Of a DNA stretch of 64,000 nt, positions 58,666 through 64,000 are shown piece by piece. Every line of letters begins with the position of its first letter. Position 1 is the first letter of the stretch. This DNA is from Sedimentisphaerales bacterium. Lineage in GTDB: Bacteria > Planctomycetota > Phycisphaerae > Sedimentisphaerales > SM23-30. The notes beneath the pieces are model-generated. The model was not told where the DNA came from. It saw nothing but the letters and a program-made list of their open reading frames with translations, and ran no database searches. The position numbers were made by a program, and so were the translations under genes. The DNA lies in contig CAXXMR010000027.1 in assembly GCA_963663805.2 (NCBI GenBank), positions 64,001 through 128,000 on the forward strand. Direction: 5' to 3'.

Positions 58666-58807
58666 TTGTCGCACGGGGTTGCACTTAGTGCGTGGGGCTG
58701 GAAGCACGCGGCATGTCCAGCTCAGGCCTCCGGCAGGGTCCACCGAGTTACCAGCTCGACCGCGTCAGTTCAGAAATGACCAGACGTTACACAAGTGCTT
58801 GCGGCAA
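58666..58807 (+). ncRNA. candidate structured RNA (long irregular hairpin, family unassigned)
   Basis: Five nested helices seen by eye between the promoter and tRNA-Gln. Confidence 0.5.
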
Positions 58808-58814
58808 CGTATAT

Positions 58815-58886
58815 TACCCGATGGTGTAATTGGCAACACACAAGTTTTTGGTACTTGCGTTCCAGGTTCGAGTCCTGGTCGGGTAG
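58815..58886 (+). tRNA. tRNA-Gln (anticodon TTG); CCA not encoded
   Basis: Acceptor TACCCGA/TCGGGTA, D stem GTGT/ACAC, anticodon stem CAAGT/ACTTG with TTG at 58848-58850, T arm CCAGG-TTCGAGT-CCTGG. Confidence 0.96.
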
Positions 58887-59048
58887 TTTGCCTGTTTCTC
58901 GGATTTTGCCCCCCCAAAGGGGTTATGATGCCTGTCCCGATGGGATACGGGTAGAATTTTGTTAGTGGTGTTATGCGGCAGTCATATTGGTTGCTGCGGA
59001 AACGGCTCTGGCCGGAAAGTTTTATAAGTGTTTGCTAATAAGACAGTA

Positions 59049-60011
59049 ATGAGTGCGGCGAGCATGGACAACCTGCGGGTTTTTGGCGGGACAGCCAACC
59101 CGAAGCTCACGGAAAGCATCTGTGACTATCTCAATGTCCCTGTTGGTCGTGCCAAGGTCGAGGATTTTCCGGACGGCGAAATTCTGGTACGCGTGGAAGA
59201 CGATGTTCGCGGTAAGGATTGTTTTGTGGTATTGCCGACCAGTCCTCCGGTGAACGACCATGTAATGGAATTGTTGATTTTTATCGACTGTCTGCGTCGG
59301 GCGTCTGCTAATCGGATAACAGCTGTTATTCCGTATTTTGGGTATGCCCGTCAGGACCGCAAGAGCGAAGGTCGGACGCCTATCAGTGCCAAGCTTATCG
59401 CCAACCTTTTGACGACGGCGAAGCTGGACCGGGTGTTGGCTCTGGATTTACATGCTCAGCAGGTTCAGGGTTTTTTTGATATTCCGGTAGACCATTTGAC
59501 GGCCGAGCCGGTTTTAGCGAGATATTTTCGCGGCTTGGATTTGCCGAACAAGGTTTTGATTTCCCCTGATGTGGGCAATGTCAAAACCGCCACCATTTAC
59601 GCCGAGGATTTGGGCGGCGAGCTGGCGGTTATAGATAAAAGGCGTGTCAGTGGTTGCGAAGCTATCGCGACCCGGATAATTGGTGATGTCAAAGGTCGTG
59701 ATGTATTGATGTTTGACGATATGATAACCACGGCTGGTACGATTTCTTCGGCGGCTCAGCTGGCGATGGAAAATGGAGCCCGCAGTGTTCGGGTTGGTGC
59801 TACGCATGGCATTTTTGCCGGTCCGGCGGTTGAGCGGCTGAGCAAAGCTCCCATTATTGAAGTGGTGGTTACCGACACGGTTACGTTGCATGATGAAGTT
59901 AAGGCCATGGGCAAAGTTAAAGTAGTTTCGGTTGCATCGTTGCTCGGCGAAGCGATTATTCGCATTCACGAAGACCGCTCGGTAAGCGCGATGTTTATAC
60001 ATAAGAAGTGA
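59049..60011 (+). CDS. prs: ribose-phosphate pyrophosphokinase
   Basis: FPDGE, PYFGYARQDRK, DLHA, SPDVG, DDMITTAGT; start uncertain (59028, 59049 or 59064). Confidence 0.96.
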   Translation: MSAASMDNLRVFGGTANPKLTESICDYLNVPVGRAKVEDFPDGEILVRVEDDVRGKDCFVVLPTSPPVNDHVMELLIFIDCLRRASANRITAVIPYFGYARQDRKSEGRTPISAKLIANLLTTAKLDRVLALDLHAQQVQGFFDIPVDHLTAEPVLARYFRGLDLPNKVLISPDVGNVKTATIYAEDLGGELAVIDKRRVSGCEAIATRIIGDVKGRDVLMFDDMITTAGTISSAAQLAMENGARSVRVGATHGIFAGPAVERLSKAPIIEVVVTDTVTLHDEVKAMGKVKVVSVASLLGEAIIRIHEDRSVSAMFIHKK

Positions 60012-60066
60012 TGAGTGTTACCCGGACGTCAAATAAACGTCTTGACAATTAGTCAGTGAGGATAAT

Positions 60067-60711
60067 ATGGCAGAAGTATTAGTATTGAAAGCGGAAAAGC
60101 GTGAGAAGGCCGGCACTGGTGCGGCTCGTCATTTACGCAAGGCCGGTCGTATCCCGGCGATCGTTTACGGCCACAAGCAGGAGCCGGTGGCTATTCACCT
60201 CGATGAACACGACCTGGAGATGGAGCTTTTGCACCGTCATCATCTGTTGAGTGTGGAGCTTGAGGGAAAAAAAGACCAGTTTTTAATCAAAGACGTTCAG
60301 CATGATTATCTGGGCCGGAAGCTGGTGCATATCGACCTGGTTCGGGTTGATTTGAATGAGCGAGTAACTGTTACGGTTGCTCTGGAACTGAAGGGCGACC
60401 CTAAAGGTTTGGCCGAGGGCGGTATTCTGGACCAGCAGTTGGTCGATATCGAGATAGAATGTCTGGCTACTCAGATACCGGAGGTTGTTCGGGTGAATAT
60501 CGCGAATCTGGGCTTGGGCGAGACTTTCACCGCTGGCGAAGTTCAGCTGCCTTCAGGGGCGGAGCTGGTGACGGATGCCGACGGCGTAATTTGCGTGATT
60601 CATGCCAAGTCGGAGGCTGAAGAGGTTGAGGGCGTTGAAGGTGCCGAAGGTGCTGAAAGTGCCGAGCCTGAAGTTATTGTTCGTGAGAAGGGCGAAGATT
60701 CCGAAGAATAA
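60067..60711 (+). CDS. rplY: 50S ribosomal protein L25/Ctc
   Basis: LRKAGRIPAIVYG, HIDL, C-terminal Ctc domain. Confidence 0.95.
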   Translation: MAEVLVLKAEKREKAGTGAARHLRKAGRIPAIVYGHKQEPVAIHLDEHDLEMELLHRHHLLSVELEGKKDQFLIKDVQHDYLGRKLVHIDLVRVDLNERVTVTVALELKGDPKGLAEGGILDQQLVDIEIECLATQIPEVVRVNIANLGLGETFTAGEVQLPSGAELVTDADGVICVIHAKSEAEEVEGVEGAEGAESAEPEVIVREKGEDSEE

Positions 60712-60744
60712 TTTTGGAATCTAACTTCTGCGGTGTAACTTATA

Positions 60745-61311
60745 ATGAAGTTGATAGTAGGTTTAGGCAATCCCGGCTCGGAATACAAAGCCAGTCGTCA
60801 TAACGTTGGTTTTGAAGTTGTCGAGCTATTGGCTGAGCGTTGGCGTTTGGAATTCAAGCGTCGCAAGTTTGATGCCCGATTCGCCGCTGGCATGATAGGC
60901 CTGGAACAGGTTGTGCTTTTGAAGCCTCAAACCTACATGAACCTGAGCGGCCAGAGCGTAGAGCAGGCTTTGGCGTTTTATAAAGTTAATATTGGTGATG
61001 TTCTGGTGGTTAGCGATGAGATGGCTTTGTCGCTGGGTCAGATACGTCTGAGGCAGGGCGGTTCAGCCGGCGGTCATAATGGCCTGAAGGATATTATCAG
61101 CCGCTGCGGCAGCGACTTTGTCCGATTGCGGATAGGCATCGGCCAATCCGGGTTTGGCGATTCGGTGAATCATGTTTTGGGCCGATTTGACGCTGAGGAA
61201 TTGCCGGTGATAGCTGCCTCGGTCCAGAGAGCGGCCCAAGCGATAGAGATGTGGCTGGAAAGCAACCTCCGGGACACCATGAACAAGTATAACGCCGCTG
61301 ACTCGGAATAG
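60745..61311 (+). CDS. pth: peptidyl-tRNA hydrolase
   Basis: LIVGLGNPG, RHNVGF, KPQTYMNLSG, GGHNGL. Confidence 0.96.
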   Translation: MKLIVGLGNPGSEYKASRHNVGFEVVELLAERWRLEFKRRKFDARFAAGMIGLEQVVLLKPQTYMNLSGQSVEQALAFYKVNIGDVLVVSDEMALSLGQIRLRQGGSAGGHNGLKDIISRCGSDFVRLRIGIGQSGFGDSVNHVLGRFDAEELPVIAASVQRAAQAIEMWLESNLRDTMNKYNAADSE

Positions 61312-61423
61312 ATTCCGATTAGCGGCAGGAGTATAAATTGTAAGCTCCGGGAAGTCCGGACTTTGATAAAAGAAACCCTTATACGGTATCGCGAAGAATC
61401 GAAGCGATCCAGGAGGTGTTACG

Positions 61424-61891
61424 TTGGGCAAGACTGTCAAGCGTGTTTACGAAGGAATGTTTCTGGTTGATTCAGCCGACGCATCCAGTAACTGGGATGG
61501 TGTTTTGGCTGAGATTAACACAGTTATGGAACGTGCCGGCGCGGAAGTGCTGAGCATGAAAAAATGGGATGATCGTCGCCTCTGCTTCGAGATGCAGGGT
61601 CACAAACGCGGTACATATATCCTGACGTACTTCAAAGTTGACGGTTCAGCCATATCGGGCATGGAACGTGATGTTCAGTTGAGTGAGCAGCTGGTTCGGG
61701 TGCTGATTCTCAAGGCGGAACACATGACCAAGGAAGATATGGAAGCGGCAACCCCGCTGGAGCGTGCCGAGACGGAAGATTCCTCTGGGCCGGGCGTTGA
61801 AGAAGAAGTTGTCAGCCGGAAAACCGCGGTCGCGGTCGCGGACGACGAAGACGATGATGTCGATGACGACGAAGACGATGATGCGGAATAA
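61424..61891 (+). CDS. rpsF: 30S ribosomal protein S6 with acidic tail
   Basis: YEGMFL, WDDRRL, GTY; AGGAGGT before TTG; synteny with ssb-rpsR-rplI. Confidence 0.92.
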   Translation: MGKTVKRVYEGMFLVDSADASSNWDGVLAEINTVMERAGAEVLSMKKWDDRRLCFEMQGHKRGTYILTYFKVDGSAISGMERDVQLSEQLVRVLILKAEHMTKEDMEAATPLERAETEDSSGPGVEEEVVSRKTAVAVADDEDDDVDDDEDDDAE

Positions 61892-61951
61892 GTTTCGCGG
61901 AAGTTTTTACGTTTCGGCAACTGAATTATAGCGACGGAAGGATAACAACTG

Positions 61952-62454
61952 ATGGCCAGTTACAATAAAATCATTATGTTGGGCAACCTCACACGTGACC
62001 CCCAGCTGACTTATCTGCCCAGCCAGACTCCGGTGGTGGAATTTGGTCTGGCGACTAATCGTCAATGGCGCGACCGCGAAGGTCAGCAGCGTGAGGGACA
62101 CGTGTTTTATTGACTGTCGTGCTTATGGCAAGATGGCTGAGAATATCAGCAAATACTGTTCCAAAGGACGTCCTCTGATGGTAGAGGGCAGACTGGCTTT
62201 GGACCAGTGGGAGTCTCAGGACGGTGCTAAGCGTTCCAAACACCGGATAATGGTCGAGAGTTTTACTTTTGTCGATTCTAAAGGCAGTGGGGGCGGACAG
62301 AGTTTCCGGCGGCGGTTATGGCGGCGGTGGTCGTGGTCAACAGGGTGGTGGTTCGCAGGGCCAGGACGGTGGCAGTTACGGCGGCTATGACAACGGCGGC
62401 GGGGGCAGTGGTGATTTTGGTGGGGGCGGTGGCGACGACGATATTCCGTTCTAA
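61952..62454 (+). CDS. ssb: single-stranded DNA-binding protein; two apparent +1 frameshifts
   Basis: NKIIMLGNLTRDP, KGRPLMVEGRL, Gly-rich tail, DDDIPF; extra G ~62096 and extra T ~62304. Confidence 0.92.
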
Positions 62455-62564
62455 GGACTGATAGAACCGCGAATAATTTGTGCTGAAAAATTTCCGGATT
62501 TGCACCCGGGACATAACAAATATAGAAAAGAATTAAATTTAGATAGAACTTATGGAGGTTCTAA

Positions 62565-62823
62565 GTGGCAAAGAAAGTTAAGATTAAAAGACCCGCACGG
62601 CGTAAGCCCCGTGCCACCCGTGAAAATACTGAATGCCGGTTCTGCCGCGACAAAGTGAAGTATATCGACTACAAAGATATTGACACTTTGTCGAAACTGC
62701 TGACGCAGCGGGGCAAGATTTTCTCGCGGAAACGCAAGCGGCAACTGTGCCAAGTGCCAGAGAAGAGCTCAGGTTGCGATCAAACGTGCTCGTTATATGG
62801 GCTTGCTTCCTTATAGTGTTTAA
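62565..62823 (+). CDS. rpsR: 30S ribosomal protein S18 (Zn-binding type); one apparent +1 frameshift
   Basis: CRFC, IDYKD, GKI; removing an A at ~62736 gives [22 protein letters not shown]. Confidence 0.92.
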
Positions 62824-62900
62824 GCGGCGGAAATTGGTCGCTCGAACGGTGTTTATAGAAAAACAGGAATAATTACCCTCTGGAAAGATGGAGGTATGAT

Positions 62901-63440
62901 ATGAAAGTGCTTTTGCACGTGGATGTCCCTAAGCTGGGCTATCTTGGTGATGTAGTTACGGTAAAGGATGGTTTTGCCCGCAATTACCTGCTGCCGCAGG
63001 GTCTGGCGGTCGAGCCGAACGAAGGTAATATCAAGGCAATTGCCGACGAGCGTGCCCGTCAGGCTGAGGTACGTCGTTTGGCCCGTGAGGAAATGGTCAA
63101 GGCCTGTGCCAAGGTTGATGGTGCTTCGGTTCGCATTGAAGCGCTCATTAACGAACGCGGTCATCTCTTTGGCTCGGTGAGCGAAGAAGGTGTTGCTGCC
63201 GCTCTGCGTGAGGCCGGCTATGAAGTTGCGACCAGGCAGATAGTTATGCCCGAACATTTTCGCATGGTGGGCAGTTACGAAGTCGAAGTGCGTTACGCCG
63301 ATGATATTCGTGCCCAGGTTACCGTAAAGGTTGCCGCTGAAGGTTCCGTCGAAGAGTCAGAAGAAACTGCCGAACAAACCGAAACTTCAGAGCAGGCGGA
63401 AATGACCGATGACACCGGAGCAGAATCAGAGCAGGAATAA
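62901..63440 (+). CDS. rplI: 50S ribosomal protein L9
   Basis: LGYLGDVVTVKDGFARNYLLP, LFGSV. Confidence 0.96.
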   Translation: MKVLLHVDVPKLGYLGDVVTVKDGFARNYLLPQGLAVEPNEGNIKAIADERARQAEVRRLAREEMVKACAKVDGASVRIEALINERGHLFGSVSEEGVAAALREAGYEVATRQIVMPEHFRMVGSYEVEVRYADDIRAQVTVKVAAEGSVEESEETAEQTETSEQAEMTDDTGAESEQE

Positions 63441-64000
63441 TCCCAGCGAGGCTGCGGCTCCTCTGGGTGAACGACTTCCCCCTCAGTCTCTCGAAGCGGA
63501 GATGAGTGTGCTCGGCGCTATGATACTTAATGCCGAGTGCATGGGCGAAATCGTAGAGACGCTCAGTCCTGAACATTTTTTATCGTCAGGACCATCGTTT
63601 GCTCTATGAGATTCTCGTAAGTTTGTTTGAGTCTCATAAGCCGGTTGACCTTGTGGTTATCCGTGATGAACTTAGTCAGCGCGGTATTCTCAAGCAGGTT
63701 GGCGATGTGGAATATCTGGTGCGGCTGGTGGACAGTGTTTCCTCAGCGGCCAACGCGGTCTACCATGCCGAAAATTGTGCGTGATAAGGCCCTGTTGCGG
63801 GAGTTGATTCGCACCACCGACAAAATTTGCAAAAGTGCTTACGATGCCCGCGGCGAAGTGGCTGAGATACTCGAAGATGCCGAACGTCATGTATTTGAGG
63901 TGACTCAACAGAAAATTTCGGGACAGGCTGTTCCGATGCACGATGTGGTTATGAAGGCTTTCGAGCTGCTTCAGACCCGCGATGGGGGCTTGACCGGGTT
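63409..64000 (+). CDS. dnaB: replicative DNA helicase DnaB, N-terminal part; two apparent +1 frameshifts; runs off the window
   Basis: PPQSLEAEMSVLG, HFYRQDH, PVDLV, IVRDKALLRELI, GLTG after removing a T ~63578 and an A ~63772. Confidence 0.92.

Noticed and set aside
58640..58954. 104-aa ORF across the candidate ncRNA and tRNA-Gln
   Set aside because: Overlaps a clear tRNA, starts inside the promoter, no RBS or motif.
61312..61423. Possible S6:S18 autoregulatory leader before rpsF
   Set aside because: Small hairpins are present but I could not match the known motif by eye.
1..64000. CRISPR array, rRNA, prophage or integron
   Set aside because: No regularly spaced repeats with spacers, rRNA-like sequence, phage structural genes or integrase were seen.

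Overview
Chromosomal window from a bacterium that is most likely a planctomycete (Phycisphaerae/Sedimentisphaerales-like). That assignment is an inference from PEP-CTERM proteins, single dockerin-like tags, an H-X9-D prepilin, an XylR-type regulator and mcsA-mcsB without an adjacent ctsR. Left to right: an IS1634-family element cut by the window edge; GTP-type PEP carboxykinase with a structured leader; an ~11 kb carbohydrate-type locus (oxidoreductase, UroD-like protein, XylR, two BNR/sialidase-like proteins, two LamG-like proteins, prepilin); coaD, a PTPS-family gene, mcsA, mcsB; rnr; a TetR/RND efflux operon; PLD, SH3 and PEP-CTERM genes; dnaG-rpoD; a beta-propeller protein; an SPFH protein; clpC; dacB; a metallophosphoesterase; recQ; a pseudopilin/secretin/TPR/two-component/HD-GYP cluster; tRNA-Gln; prs-rplY-pth-rpsF-ssb-rpsR-rplI-dnaB. 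Nine single-base duplications break mcsB, ssb, rpsR and dnaB and are most likely sequencing errors. Most notable leads: (1) a chain of domain-swapped surface proteins with alternative C-terminal tags and a shared three-copy promoter architecture; (2) an unannotated ~142-nt hairpin RNA in front of tRNA-Gln and a structured pckG leader; (3) a duplicated 62-bp element with phased A/T-tract arms, plus kb-scale G+T versus A+C strand-skew domains that ignore gene orientation; (4) a perfect sigma28 promoter over an RHS remnant and a sigma54 promoter before clpC. No CRISPR array, rRNA or prophage was seen. All calls come from reading motifs by eye; no database search was run.
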